The translations under genes and the position numbers were made by a program. DNA of 64,000 nt, taken from the IMG/VR virus record IMGVR_UViG_3300042946_000581, positions 1 to 64,000 of that record. One strand, written 5' to 3'. This DNA is from a virus (taxonomy: Duplodnaviria > Caudoviricetes). The notes under the pieces are model-generated. The model was not told the DNA's origin. It saw only the letters and a list, made by a program, of their open reading frames with translations, and made no database searches. Shown here piece by piece: positions 46,767 through 57,336 of this stretch. Every line of letters starts with the position of its first letter. Position 1 is the first letter of the stretch.

Positions 46767-48887
46767 TTAAAGACCTAAACCAAATGCTACATTTGGAACA
46801 GTTAATCCAGCAGGTGTTACTGCTGTAGGTTTTAATGCAACCGAAACTTTACGATTTGTATTTTCTCTTTCAGTACCTTTTATGTTACCAAAAACTGATA
46901 GCACTGTTAAATTTGGTGAACCATCTGGCATTGGTCCTGTTGGGATTCCTAATTTCTGCATCTCCTCAATAGTATTAATAAATGCTCTTGACTCAGAAAA
47001 TCCATCCAAAAACTCAGAAGCAAATAATAATGGGAGTGGAATTTGATTTATTGCACCAGCTAAAGCACCTAAAACTCCACCTGAACTACCATTTGAGTTT
47101 TCTTCATCTTCATCACTACCATCACTTTTGGTTGTACTACCATCACGATTACCTTCTTTTTTACTAATACCATCAATGAAATTAGTTGTAGCATCTGTGG
47201 CGGTTTCAATACCTTTGGTTACTGCTTTTGCGGTTTTGCTTAACCCTTTTGCCACACCTGGAAATTCTAGTGTTAAACTAATTATTTTTAATAGTTCATC
47301 CACAACATTTTTACATTTTCTCCAATCGGTTATTAATTGTCCAACCAATAATAAAATTTGAATTAGTTTTAGAATTATTACATTCGTTTTTCTTTTCTTT
47401 TCATCTTCAATATCTTGTATAGTTGAGTCAATCAATTTTAATAAATCCTTTTTAATCTTATTATATAATGTTTCAATGAATTGAGCCCCAACTCTTGAAA
47501 TCAAATTAACCATAAATTTTTTGAATTTTTTTGTAAATTCAATAAGATTATCATTAAGATTAATATCTTGTTGCCCTAATGATAATAACATCGTATAAAA
47601 AGGTAATAAAACTTTTGGACTTAATAATGAGAAAACAACTCCTTGTCCCATTAATTTAATAAAGTTTGCGTCAACGGCCGCAACAATATTACCCCCAGGT
47701 ATATTAATATTCCAGTTTGGATTATTAGTTACAGATTGGGTTATTTGACTAGCAGCATTAACTTGGTCTTCATCAGGAACAAATCTTAAAGCATCCAATG
47801 CACCTACAATACTATCGACATCAACTGGTAATTCTACATTACCACAATCAACATATTGTACTACACCTTTTTTAATATTACTAATTCTGATTTCAATGTT
47901 TCTTAAATCAATTGCACTAAATTCAAAAAAAGAATCATCAATTGGGTCATCTTGAGGCACTTTTGCGACACCACTAACATCAATTTCTTTTCTATTGTCA
48001 AAACAAATCCCTAATATTCTTAGTAATAAAATTTGGAATTTAGAATTAACTTCAAGTTGATTAGAACCAGTATTTAATCCAATATCTAAAGCACCTGTTA
48101 ATATATTCATTATGTTTGCTATAATATTATTGAATTCAACAACTCTAATTGATTTATAATAATCAAGTAAAAATTGTACAACAGTTGTTGCGTTAGCAAA
48201 TCTTGGGGCTAATGTTATTTTAAACCAAGGCCCACCAATTGGGTTTGTTGGGTTTGTTTCGGTATATTCAATATCAAATAAATCTTGTCCTGATTGACCC
48301 TTGTATAATTGTCCTCCAGCTGTAAATGAATATGGCGTATTTGGTGTTTGTGTTAACGCATATAATTGTCTATTCATTGAAAACGGATTGTCCTGAATAA
48401 CAATTGGGTTTTTTTCATACAAAAATTTACCAATATCATCATTGGGGTCTATTTTTAATAAACCCAATAAATCCAATGCTGCTACTTTTATATAAATTAC
48501 TTGTCCTGGTTGATATCTTTGTTGTTGGTCGCAACCAATGGCTTTGACTGTCTCGTCAAATAATATTTCCGAAAGAATTGGTTCAATTTTTTTTATTACC
48601 TTTAAAAGTAATTTCTTAATAAATCCAATAGTACCTTTTTCGTTATTATTTGATAAAGTTGCAACACCTAATAATCTATCAAGTTGACCTTGTGTATCTT
48701 TTTCAAATTTTTTTACTTTACCTTTTAACTCAGATAATTTATTTGATGTTGATTCTTTTAAATCATCAAAACTTTCCCCAACACTTTTTGTTACACTATT
48801 GTATTCTTTCTTAAGTTCGTTATATGATTGTGTTGCGGAAACTTTATCTCTGAGTTGTTTATAATCTGATTTTAAATCTAAACCCAT
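46767..48887 (-). CDS. Large putative virion structural protein
   Basis: Long ORF upstream of the spike gene; C-terminal GIPTGPMPDGSPN. Confidence 0.6.
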   Translation of the reverse strand: MGLDLKSDYKQLRDKVSATQSYNELKKEYNSVTKSVGESFDDLKESTSNKLSELKGKVKKFEKDTQGQLDRLLGVATLSNNNEKGTIGFIKKLLLKVIKKIEPILSEILFDETVKAIGCDQQQRYQPGQVIYIKVAALDLLGLLKIDPNDDIGKFLYEKNPIVIQDNPFSMNRQLYALTQTPNTPYSFTAGGQLYKGQSGQDLFDIEYTETNPTNPIGGPWFKITLAPRFANATTVVQFLLDYYKSIRVVEFNNIIANIMNILTGALDIGLNTGSNQLEVNSKFQILLLRILGICFDNRKEIDVSGVAKVPQDDPIDDSFFEFSAIDLRNIEIRISNIKKGVVQYVDCGNVELPVDVDSIVGALDALRFVPDEDQVNAASQITQSVTNNPNWNINIPGGNIVAAVDANFIKLMGQGVVFSLLSPKVLLPFYTMLLSLGQQDINLNDNLIEFTKKFKKFMVNLISRVGAQFIETLYNKIKKDLLKLIDSTIQDIEDEKKRKTNVIILKLIQILLLVGQLITDWRKCKNVVDELLKIISLTLEFPGVAKGLSKTAKAVTKGIETATDATTNFIDGISKKEGNRDGSTTKSDGSDEDEENSNGSSGGVLGALAGAINQIPLPLLFASEFLDGFSESRAFINTIEEMQKLGIPTGPMPDGSPNLTVLSVFGNIKGTERENTNRKVSVALKPTAVTPAGLTVPNVAFGLGL

Positions 48888-49261
48888 TATTTTTTCATTT
48901 TGTATTGGTTGTCTGACTTAGTAATATCTCTCTCCATTAAATCTTTAATAATATCATCATCCATATTAATATCTGAAATAGAAAATGATTCTTTCGTAGA
49001 GTTTGTTTTTTCCCAAATTGAAGCTTGTAATTTAGAAAGAGATAATTTTTTTTCAACACAATCATTGATTATTTTTTGTTGTTTTTCAATAACAGGCCCT
49101 ATAAGAGTCATATCTTCAGGTTCTTTCATCATTGTCAACATTTTGTTTTGAATACGCATTGCGGTATTTCTCTGTTCTACAAGTTCATTGTAGATTTCCT
49201 GCATTAAGGATAAAATAGATTCCTTAGATAAATTAATTTCTTTTTTTAAAGGTCTTGCCAT
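48887..49261 (-). CDS. Hypothetical coiled-coil protein
   Basis: ORF track. Confidence 0.6.
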   Translation of the reverse strand: MARPLKKEINLSKESILSLMQEIYNELVEQRNTAMRIQNKMLTMMKEPEDMTLIGPVIEKQQKIINDCVEKKLSLSKLQASIWEKTNSTKESFSISDINMDDDIIKDLMERDITKSDNQYKMKK

Positions 49262-49273
49262 AATAGTAAATAT

Positions 49274-50026
49274 TTATCTAACCATTTTTTCAATCATATT
49301 AACATATAAAAATTTGAACTTTTTAAGTGATGAACGAATTTCTTTCGTACTCAAATTTGTCATTTCTCTTAATGATAATAAGATGATATTTTTATTGAAT
49401 TTATTATTTGATGTACTAATAAATATTTTATCATAGTTTTCAAATATTTCATATAGAGCTTCACCTAATTTAATTTCATTTTCATTAAGCGTATTCTGCT
49501 TGAACACCTCATCCAATTCTTTTAAAAATCTTTTAATAACATCATCCGCTTCTATGGATTCATTGTCAATACTGTATGAAAGGTTTTCATCGTTTTCCAA
49601 ATCAGATGAAATATCTTCATATGATACCTTTCTATTTGTTTCTTTTTGGTCTTTTTGAATCTGACCCATTAAATAATGTTTGCATATTGTTCCAAAATAG
49701 GAATATGCTTTCTTTTCTTTTGATGGTTTAAATTTATCAATTTTTGTCATCAAAAAGGAGTGGGTGTCATGGTGAATTTCTTCAAATTCAACGTCTTTAC
49801 GATATAGTTTGTAAGTCCTTATAATTGAGGAAATCATTTTATCTATTGGATGTCTTAAAAAATCATTATAGATTTTGTTTTTTTCCTCAAAAGAATCGGC
49901 AATTAAAAAATCTCTAACTGCCAATTCTTGTATTTCACCAAAATAAATTTTATCTTTCTTGGGTTTTCTCCCCTTCTTTTTTGACTCTAAACTTGTATCA
50001 TCGGACAAATTTTTTTCATCTGTCAT
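49274..50026 (-). CDS. Late-transcription sigma factor (T4 gp55-like)
   Basis: YFGE.QE.AV, KIDKFKPSKEKKAYSYFGTICKHYL (sigma region 2, gp55 AYFT-like). Confidence 0.78.
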   Translation of the reverse strand: MTDEKNLSDDTSLESKKKGRKPKKDKIYFGEIQELAVRDFLIADSFEEKNKIYNDFLRHPIDKMISSIIRTYKLYRKDVEFEEIHHDTHSFLMTKIDKFKPSKEKKAYSYFGTICKHYLMGQIQKDQKETNRKVSYEDISSDLENDENLSYSIDNESIEADDVIKRFLKELDEVFKQNTLNENEIKLGEALYEIFENYDKIFISTSNNKFNKNIILLSLREMTNLSTKEIRSSLKKFKFLYVNMIEKMVR

Positions 50027-50034
50027 TAGATTTT

Positions 50035-50829
50035 TTAAGATTGGTATTTTATTGCTCTATCTACAAGGAAAAAAGATTCTTTTTTGGCTGAGTCAATCCA
50101 AAATTGGATTTCTTCTTTACTAAGAACTTCATCCCCATTTTTATAATCCCAAAAGATAGAACCTTGTCTGAGATTGGTATGTTTATATCCAATTCTTGGA
50201 ATGGTCATAATATTCACAGAATTATGTGTTAGACGTAAAAATAATTCATAACCAAATGTGAGTTTAAACGAAGGTTTAAGTAGTCCAAAATCAACAAATG
50301 ATGACCTTTTAATGACCATACCAGACATTTGGAAATTCTGATAACTCAAAAGTGTTTCATTGGTTAATATACCTATTTCACTAGAAATATTTACAGCAAA
50401 TGTTGCCTCATTGGTAAATCCAGCAAATTGTCCATTCTCAGTTACATCAACAACAATTGGTAAGAAACAATTGGTGTCTTTATAGATTTTAGAATATTTG
50501 TCAACATTCTTAAACCAAATTTTAGAATACTCATCATCAAATTCAAAAATTGATATCCATTTTGATTTTGCAATTCTTGCTCCGTGATTTACTTGTTCAG
50601 CAAAACCAGGTTTTTTAGTCCACACTTCTCTAGTCACATTGATTCCACTAAAATCGTATGTATCTAAAAATTCAACCAATTTCGTTTCATCGGTATGAAC
50701 AAGAATTAATTCATTAATCTCAACTTCTTGGGTTTTGATTGATGTTATTGCTTTGTTAAAATAATCCTCAAACCAAGGGTGTGATGAAGATTTAAGTGGT
50801 AGTATTACTGATAAATCAAATTTTTCCAT
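50035..50829 (-). CDS. Glycosyltransferase family 2 (GT-A)
   Basis: LSVILP...QVNHG...FEFDDEY; ATG at 50829. Confidence 0.8.
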   Translation of the reverse strand: MEKFDLSVILPLKSSSHPWFEDYFNKAITSIKTQEVEINELILVHTDETKLVEFLDTYDFSGINVTREVWTKKPGFAEQVNHGARIAKSKWISIFEFDDEYSKIWFKNVDKYSKIYKDTNCFLPIVVDVTENGQFAGFTNEATFAVNISSEIGILTNETLLSYQNFQMSGMVIKRSSFVDFGLLKPSFKLTFGYELFLRLTHNSVNIMTIPRIGYKHTNLRQGSIFWDYKNGDEVLSKEEIQFWIDSAKKESFFLVDRAIKYQS

Positions 50830-50830
50830 A

Positions 50831-51889
50831 TTATTCAACGGTTTGTAATTTATTATATTGTTCCTCAAAGGATTTAAGTCTAACGTCCAAATATCCTTCA
50901 AATTTATTTAATACATTGTCTTTGAATGTTTCAGATGTTGGTAAATTTTCAACAACCTTTTTCATCTCATTTAACAAAGTATCACTAATATTATCTTCTA
51001 ACCAATTTTGTAAGAAATCGGCAACATAGTCAGATAAATCATTTTTATTACTAATCCATATTCCATTATCCTCAGACATCCATTGTGGAATCATTCTTGG
51101 TCCAATACCTAAACAAGGTACACCACATTTCATTGATTCTAATGGGAATGTACCATATGCACTTGTTTCATCAATCCAAACCGACATAAATGATTTCTGT
51201 AAAACATTTGCAAATTCTTTTTCACTAATTGCTCTCATATCTTTAAATGTAATCCATCTATATTGGGGGAATTTAAGATAAAAATTCTTAATCATATTTA
51301 AGGCTTCACGTTGTTCTCTGGCGTGAATTGCGATAATTGGATTTGCAGGGTATTCTGATGGTTTAAAATCATCTGAGATATATGGTTCAATAACGTCAAT
51401 TGATATATTTTTCATTATATTTGAAATATATTCCTTTTGTTGTTCTGAAGTTGTAATACATTTCATAAATCCAAGTTGTGCCCAAGATTGACCTGGTTGT
51501 AAAGTTTCCAATATGTGGTCATACGCTTGAGATAAAACAATTTTACCACAAGGTAAATTACTGATTTGACTCATTACAAAACCATATAGTTCTGGGATAA
51601 TAATGAAATCTTCTGGAGCAACTTGTAGTTTTTGGCCATCAATTGATTGATGTTGGAGTTCCATATATTTTGAATCCAACCAATTTGATACGCCAACATA
51701 ATCATTCTTCTCGTGTAACATAACAACATTATATCCACCCTCAGATAGAACATATGCCATACGATAAATGTAGGCAACGGATGCTTTTGCGTTACCTTTG
51801 GTGTCTTGAATTAAGAAATAGATAACTGATTTTTTACTTTTTAAATTTTCTATTGATTTTTCAATCTTTAAAATTTGTTCTGGTGTCAT
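50831..51889 (-). CDS. GT-B (GT4-like) glycosyltransferase
   Basis: IIIPELY; SAYGTFPLESMKCGVP. Confidence 0.75.
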   Translation of the reverse strand: MTPEQILKIEKSIENLKSKKSVIYFLIQDTKGNAKASVAYIYRMAYVLSEGGYNVVMLHEKNDYVGVSNWLDSKYMELQHQSIDGQKLQVAPEDFIIIPELYGFVMSQISNLPCGKIVLSQAYDHILETLQPGQSWAQLGFMKCITTSEQQKEYISNIMKNISIDVIEPYISDDFKPSEYPANPIIAIHAREQREALNMIKNFYLKFPQYRWITFKDMRAISEKEFANVLQKSFMSVWIDETSAYGTFPLESMKCGVPCLGIGPRMIPQWMSEDNGIWISNKNDLSDYVADFLQNWLEDNISDTLLNEMKKVVENLPTSETFKDNVLNKFEGYLDVRLKSFEEQYNKLQTVE

Positions 51890-51890
51890 A

Positions 51891-52160
51891 TTATATTTTG
51901 TTTATTAATTTTTTATATAGTAATGAATTGAAGGCTAATCTAAATGGCATTGATAATTCAGTACTTTTCATACCTAACGCTTCATCAGCTTCTTCATTTT
52001 CAACAATAAGTGTTTCTGTCATCATTTTAACCATTTCATATTTAACAACACTTATATGATTCTGTGGTATACCGGTATAGTTAGTTGGGGGTTCTACATT
52101 GATATATTTTTCAATTGCATCAATATCAAAGTAATAATTTTCACCTAATATTTTTAACAT
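51891..52160 (-). CDS. Hypothetical protein
   Basis: ORF track. Confidence 0.65.
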   Translation of the reverse strand: MLKILGENYYFDIDAIEKYINVEPPTNYTGIPQNHISVVKYEMVKMMTETLIVENEEADEALGMKSTELSMPFRLAFNSLLYKKLINKI

Positions 52161-52804
52161 TCTGTTATTTGTTTTAAAATTCCTTTTAAATCTTTAATTG
52201 AATTAATGGAATAATCTTTGTTTATATCCTTATTATATTCTGTTTCAAACTTTATCAAAATTTTTTCCTTTGGATGATTTAATAATAAGTTAGGGTTTGC
52301 CGTAAGTAAAACATCAAATTCATTCCATATTGAATTTATTGTGAAATTTGAATAAAAAATTACTTTCTCCAATTCACAACCAAACTTGGATAAAAAGAAA
52401 AGTGTTGCGGGTTTTGATTTTCCAATTTCATCTGATAATATCATAAAATCCCATTGTTTCCTATTCTTAACATAAATGTCATTTAAGTCATTAAATGTTG
52501 TCATTTCAGTTGATGGTGCATGTCCAAACAACTCCATACAATATTCTTCATACATAAATGAATAATATTCTTCCTCACTTTGAAAGGCAAAATGATTTTG
52601 TAAATCTAAAGTCGTTACTAGTGATAATATCTTATATTCGAATGGCTCAGATATTACTTCCAATTCAGTATTGCCTGATAAGTCAATTGTATAGGTTTGG
52701 GATGGTATATCTTGATAACTCTCTATTAAATGTTTTTCATATAAATGTGTGAATTTACCAATGGTGTCTCTTAATACACCATTTACATCAATAGCAATTC
52801 TCAT
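52154..52804 (-). CDS. HAD-superfamily 5'(3')-deoxyribonucleotidase-like protein (variant motif)
   Basis: MRIAIDVNGVLRD...ATLFFLSKFG...YNK. Confidence 0.7.
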   Translation of the reverse strand: MRIAIDVNGVLRDTIGKFTHLYEKHLIESYQDIPSQTYTIDLSGNTELEVISEPFEYKILSLVTTLDLQNHFAFQSEEEYYSFMYEEYCMELFGHAPSTEMTTFNDLNDIYVKNRKQWDFMILSDEIGKSKPATLFFLSKFGCELEKVIFYSNFTINSIWNEFDVLLTANPNLLLNHPKEKILIKFETEYNKDINKDYSINSIKDLKGILKQITEC

Positions 52805-53526
52805 TCTTCGTATCTTTTTAATATTTTTCCGATTAATGGATTTCTAACCACATCTTTATTATCAAATTCAAAAACTCCAACATCATCCAAACCTTTGAAC
52901 TTCTTGATTGCGTCATATAATCCTGAGTGTGTCTTATCTTTGTATCTGTCGGTTTGTTCTAAGTCACCACTGATAAAAAATTTACTATTGAATCCAATCC
53001 TTGTCAAGAGTAATTTCATTTGATTAGGAGTCGAATTTTGAGCTTCCTCAAATATAAGAATGGAGTTATCAATGTTCATACCTCTCATATAAGCCAAAGC
53101 GAAAACTTCAATAGCGTCAATGTCTTTTAATTTTTCTCTATTTTCTTTACCAATGATTTTATTCATTAAGTAATATGAGGGGAATATATAGGGGTCTAGT
53201 TTTTCTTCAACATTACCAGGTAGAGCACCTAATTTTTCTTCAGCTTCAACAGCAGGTCTAACAATAATAATTTTTTCGTAAGGTGTAGTTGGGTCTGATA
53301 AAATATCTAATGCGGCTTTCATCGCAATATATGATTTGCCAACACCAGCAGGGCCTGAACAAATTGTTATTTGATTTTTTTTCAACAAATCATAATATAA
53401 TTTTTGATTGTCAGATAAGAACTTTTCTTTGGATTTCTTTTTGATTATTTCACAAATAATTTCCTTTTTTGTTTTTTTTGTTTCCTCACTATTCTGAGGT
53501 TGTACTGGTTTTTTTCTTGTTGCCAT
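52801..53526 (-). CDS. phoH: PhoH-like ATPase
   Basis: GPAGVGKS, RPAVEAEEKLGALPG, AYMRG, EEAQN, GDLEQTD, VRNPLI. Confidence 0.92.
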   Translation of the reverse strand: MATRKKPVQPQNSEETKKTKKEIICEIIKKKSKEKFLSDNQKLYYDLLKKNQITICSGPAGVGKSYIAMKAALDILSDPTTPYEKIIIVRPAVEAEEKLGALPGNVEEKLDPYIFPSYYLMNKIIGKENREKLKDIDAIEVFALAYMRGMNIDNSILIFEEAQNSTPNQMKLLLTRIGFNSKFFISGDLEQTDRYKDKTHSGLYDAIKKFKGLDDVGVFEFDNKDVVRNPLIGKILKRYEE

Positions 53527-53580
53527 TTAATTTATATTTTTATAAAAATTAATCAAATATAAAAAAAATCAAGAGTTACT

Positions 53581-54438
53581 TTATGTTTGAAGTTCTTTAA
53601 TGAAATCACTTATTCTTTTTTCGTAAGTGTGATTATTTTTACTTTTTAAGTAACCATTGTTACTAATCAAATTTCTTTCAGTTTCATTTTCTAAATAAAA
53701 CTTGATTTTATCTATCAAATCGTCTTTAGTTTCATAAACGACAATATCTTGATTAATATTGAATAATAATTCCAATCCTTCTGTATAATTTGTCACCAAT
53801 AAAGTTTTACAACCTGTTGTTTCAAATGTCCTATAATTTATATCATTCGATATATTACGATTGAAATGAATTTTGTATGAGTTTATAGTTCTAACCATAT
53901 CCTCACCAATAACAAAAATATCTTTTTTTATATTAAAAATATTTAGATAATTTATCCATTCACCTCTATTATTAATATTACCACAAAAACCAACATCAAT
54001 ATTTTTCTCAATCTCCATCGGAGTTATTAATGTATCATCATAACAATTAGGAAACCACAAGGTATTACCACAATAGTCTTTAAAGTTAGGTAAATAAGAT
54101 TTAGTTGAGTTTAATAGAAAATCTGGTTTTATTTGTTTCACCAAATTAATATGTTGGTCTAACACACAATGAGAATCTATTGACCAAAATATTTTTATTT
54201 TTTTACTATTTTTAATCTTGTCCAATGGTAACCAAGTGGGGGTATAATTTTCTAATAAAAAAATAACGTCAGCCCAACTCTCTAACAAATTGAAATCATC
54301 ATTAAAATTATGATGACCCAAACCCCACACAATACATTCAAATCCGTTTTTTTCAAATGATCTTTTTAATGAAAAACATTCTCTATAATTTCTATTTTTT
54401 TCGTGTCTTCCGTTTTCTTGTATTATTAATAATTTCAT
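53581..54438 (-). CDS. GT-B glycosyltransferase (CgeB/Glyco_trans_1_2-like)
   Basis: DVGFCG, KIHFN...INYRTFE..GC, HTYEKR. Confidence 0.8.
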   Translation of the reverse strand: MKLLIIQENGRHEKNRNYRECFSLKRSFEKNGFECIVWGLGHHNFNDDFNLLESWADVIFLLENYTPTWLPLDKIKNSKKIKIFWSIDSHCVLDQHINLVKQIKPDFLLNSTKSYLPNFKDYCGNTLWFPNCYDDTLITPMEIEKNIDVGFCGNINNRGEWINYLNIFNIKKDIFVIGEDMVRTINSYKIHFNRNISNDINYRTFETTGCKTLLVTNYTEGLELLFNINQDIVVYETKDDLIDKIKFYLENETERNLISNNGYLKSKNNHTYEKRISDFIKELQT

Positions 54439-54443
54439 ATATA

Positions 54444-55004
54444 TTATTTATATAGGTAAATAGTAAAATCATTAGGTAGATAATCATGTCTAATGATAAA
54501 TTTATTAGTGAGTTTTTTAATTAAAGGCATAATTTCATGTATTTTTACAAATTTCATATCTTCATCTTTTTTACCATTTGATAAATCTGAAAGAAAATTT
54601 ATCGCAACTCCTTTGTTCGATAGACCCCACATTTGTTCAATTGTAATAAATGTTTGTTTTTTCCAATTTTTTTTGAAACAAAAAACACCAGAACTAATTA
54701 TCCAATCAAAATTTTTATTAATTTCTGAAATATCCATACAATCAAATTTTTTTGGGTACTTAGATTTAGCAATTTCTATTACATTTTCACGTATGTCTAT
54801 CCCATAATAATTTTCAATCCTTACTGATATGTCCCCAAATCCACAACCCACATCTAATACTGAATCATCACTTTTGTATCCAATATCTAACAAAATATCA
54901 AATCTAGTTTCTTGCGATTTGCAACTACTCCAACCCAATGAAATTAAATTATTTTCATTACCAAATTTTTCATTATATATTTTATTTATGTAGTTTCTAT
55001 ACAT
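54444..55004 (-). CDS. Class I SAM-dependent methyltransferase
   Basis: SLGW...SQETRF, VLDVGCGFG, SGVF, RHDY. Confidence 0.85.
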   Translation of the reverse strand: MYRNYINKIYNEKFGNENNLISLGWSSCKSQETRFDILLDIGYKSDDSVLDVGCGFGDISVRIENYYGIDIRENVIEIAKSKYPKKFDCMDISEINKNFDWIISSGVFCFKKNWKKQTFITIEQMWGLSNKGVAINFLSDLSNGKKDEDMKFVKIHEIMPLIKKLTNKFIIRHDYLPNDFTIYLYK

Positions 55005-55821
55005 TGATTAAAATTTCATTTTGTGATATATTCTCATTATCAAAAATAAATTTGACAATAGGTTCAATTTTTTTATAATTTTCTACAAAAGGTCTTAGGA
55101 AATTACAAATAACATAGTCATTATTTTTTAGTTTGTATTCGTCAATTTTCCACCACGATCTATCTATCCAATCTTTTTTTATATCAACATTTCTTTCTAT
55201 TTCACAGATATTATTGCCACTTGGTGAATAAGTATTTATTAATACTCTCATTAAAGATTCGTCCGAAAATTCATAATTTTTACCAAAAAAATTATTTACG
55301 GATTCTTTTTTGTCAAAAACATTAATATCAATCCAACTTTTAAACAATTCTTCATAATTCAAATTGTTTGGATTAAGTAACTTTTTAAAAATATAAGATT
55401 CAGCAGTTAAGTTGCTAGTTGGAAACTTTCCTTCATCTTTAGTACCTTTATAAACTTCAGAACCAACCCTTAATAACTCATTTTTTTTTCTAAAAGATAA
55501 AATCCGATTAATAAAATTAGTTTGTAATGGAATTGTGTCAATATCTTCAATCATACAAACATCATTATCAAATTGTCCAGCTAAAATATATCTATACATT
55601 TTCGCTTGGTTTGCCGTTGGAATATTTTTTTGTATCGGAAACAAATATACTTCCCCCCATTTTTTTAAATTTAAAACTAATGGATCATTTTCATCACGAT
55701 CGCTTACAAATGCCAAACAAGCTTTTTTATTTGGAAAAAATTTTTTCCATGATGTTGCGACTATTGGCCAAAAATCTTTGAAATGCGATTCATCCGAACT
55801 TACAATTACTCTATCAAACAT
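54997..55821 (-). CDS. Putative GT-A-like glycan-modifying protein
   Basis: DIDTIP DxD motif, FSDE; cluster context. Confidence 0.55.
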   Translation of the reverse strand: MFDRVIVSSDESHFKDFWPIVATSWKKFFPNKKACLAFVSDRDENDPLVLNLKKWGEVYLFPIQKNIPTANQAKMYRYILAGQFDNDVCMIEDIDTIPLQTNFINRILSFRKKNELLRVGSEVYKGTKDEGKFPTSNLTAESYIFKKLLNPNNLNYEELFKSWIDINVFDKKESVNNFFGKNYEFSDESLMRVLINTYSPSGNNICEIERNVDIKKDWIDRSWWKIDEYKLKNNDYVICNFLRPFVENYKKIEPIVKFIFDNENISQNEILINV

Positions 55822-56386
55822 TATTTTTTTCTTTTAAAATTTCTAAAATTGATTTTTTAATCATAAAGTTTTCATCTTGAAAGATTACTTTTATTCCTTT
55901 TTCTTTGAATTTATTCAAGTCCAAATAATTTCTACCTGATATTCCTGAAAGATATGTATCTGCTTTGTAATGTAAACAAATATCAACTATCCTATCAGTT
56001 GAGGTTAATTTTGTTGGATAGTCTAATAAAATCTCAGTTTTTATGTCTAAAATACCACATATTCTTTCAATAATTTTTGTATTTGATTCTACTAAATTAT
56101 CTTTTATTAAATCATCAAATTGACTTAGTACATCCGAATAGTTACTTAGATTACTTTTTATTCTATTCCAATCTTTTATTGGATTGATATATTTCTTTGT
56201 TGTGATAGGTTCTAATCCACTATTAACAGAAAGTGTATACCATTTATCATTAAAGTTAAAACGGTTTTGTAGATTGTTTTTTTGAAACTGAGCATTGTTT
56301 AAAAAAACAAATTTATCAGATGATTCAATTTTTTGAAAAAAAGGATACCAAGGAAAAAAATTAGGTTGATGTATAGTGATTATCAT
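55814..56386 (-). CDS. WbqC-like protein
   Basis: IHQPNFFPW...QNR...YLSGISGRNY. Confidence 0.85.
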   Translation of the reverse strand: MIITIHQPNFFPWYPFFQKIESSDKFVFLNNAQFQKNNLQNRFNFNDKWYTLSVNSGLEPITTKKYINPIKDWNRIKSNLSNYSDVLSQFDDLIKDNLVESNTKIIERICGILDIKTEILLDYPTKLTSTDRIVDICLHYKADTYLSGISGRNYLDLNKFKEKGIKVIFQDENFMIKKSILEILKEKNNV

Positions 56387-57336
56387 AAATTTGATTCTTC
56401 TAATTCATTAAAAAATTGTAAGTATGAATGAACTAAGTTTTTTAAATCAGTTTTTTCTCTTACTAAATTAATTTGTTCTAAAATATCATTCCATTTATTT
56501 GTTCCAAACCAACTTCTAGCCAACTCATATTTATTTTGAACATCTGATATATCATCACTTACATAAAGTGGATAATCTTCTAAAATTTCAACATTAGATT
56601 TATCTCTCGATAATATTATTGCTGATTCGGTTGCAGAGGCTGCTGCAAATTTCATTCCAGGTTTAAAATAAAACTCAACACTATTTGAAATTCTATGACT
56701 AAAATGACAATTACATTTTCTCATATTAGAGAATATGTTGGATTTATTTTCAACAAAATCATTTATAGGATTGTAAGTAAAATCTAAAAGTAACCAGTCA
56801 GGTTTTTGAGATTTCAAAAATATATTATCATATTCAGCTCCTAAATATTTAACATAAAAGTTACTATCCTTTGGTGAGGTAACGGAGTTAAATCTTATAT
56901 CATAATGTTGTGGTATAACAGCCGATAGTTTATTAATCCAATCTTTAAAATAAATTTTAGTATAATTATTTGTAAACAAAACACCATCAATATTTTTGTA
57001 TATTAAAAATTCTTCATTTTTTCTACTATAATTATCAATAAAAGCTAATTTATCAATTGGTTCTACTACAATGATATTTTTTTGATTGTGTAACCTATCT
57101 ATATCATTTTTTGTCAAATTAAATAAATCCGTAACCAATCCCATAAAAATGATTATACTATTATGTATATCAAAAATTTTATTTTTTTCTCCTTTTCTTA
57201 ATTCTAAGAATTTAGACTTTCTATATTTAGAAATTTCATTTGATCTATGAATTCCATTTAATATGACACTACCAGATGATACTGAATCCCCCACAATTAT
57301 AATTTCTTTCATAAAAACTATTTTTTTATTCCCCAA
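56383..57336 (-). CDS. Putative GT-B-like glycosyltransferase
   Basis: FKPGMKFAAA motif; cluster context. Confidence 0.5.
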   Translation of the reverse strand: MGNKKIVFMKEIIIVGDSVSSGSVILNGIHRSNEISKYRKSKFLELRKGEKNKIFDIHNSIIIFMGLVTDLFNLTKNDIDRLHNQKNIIVVEPIDKLAFIDNYSRKNEEFLIYKNIDGVLFTNNYTKIYFKDWINKLSAVIPQHYDIRFNSVTSPKDSNFYVKYLGAEYDNIFLKSQKPDWLLLDFTYNPINDFVENKSNIFSNMRKCNCHFSHRISNSVEFYFKPGMKFAAASATESAIILSRDKSNVEILEDYPLYVSDDISDVQNKYELARSWFGTNKWNDILEQINLVREKTDLKNLVHSYLQFFNELEESNL

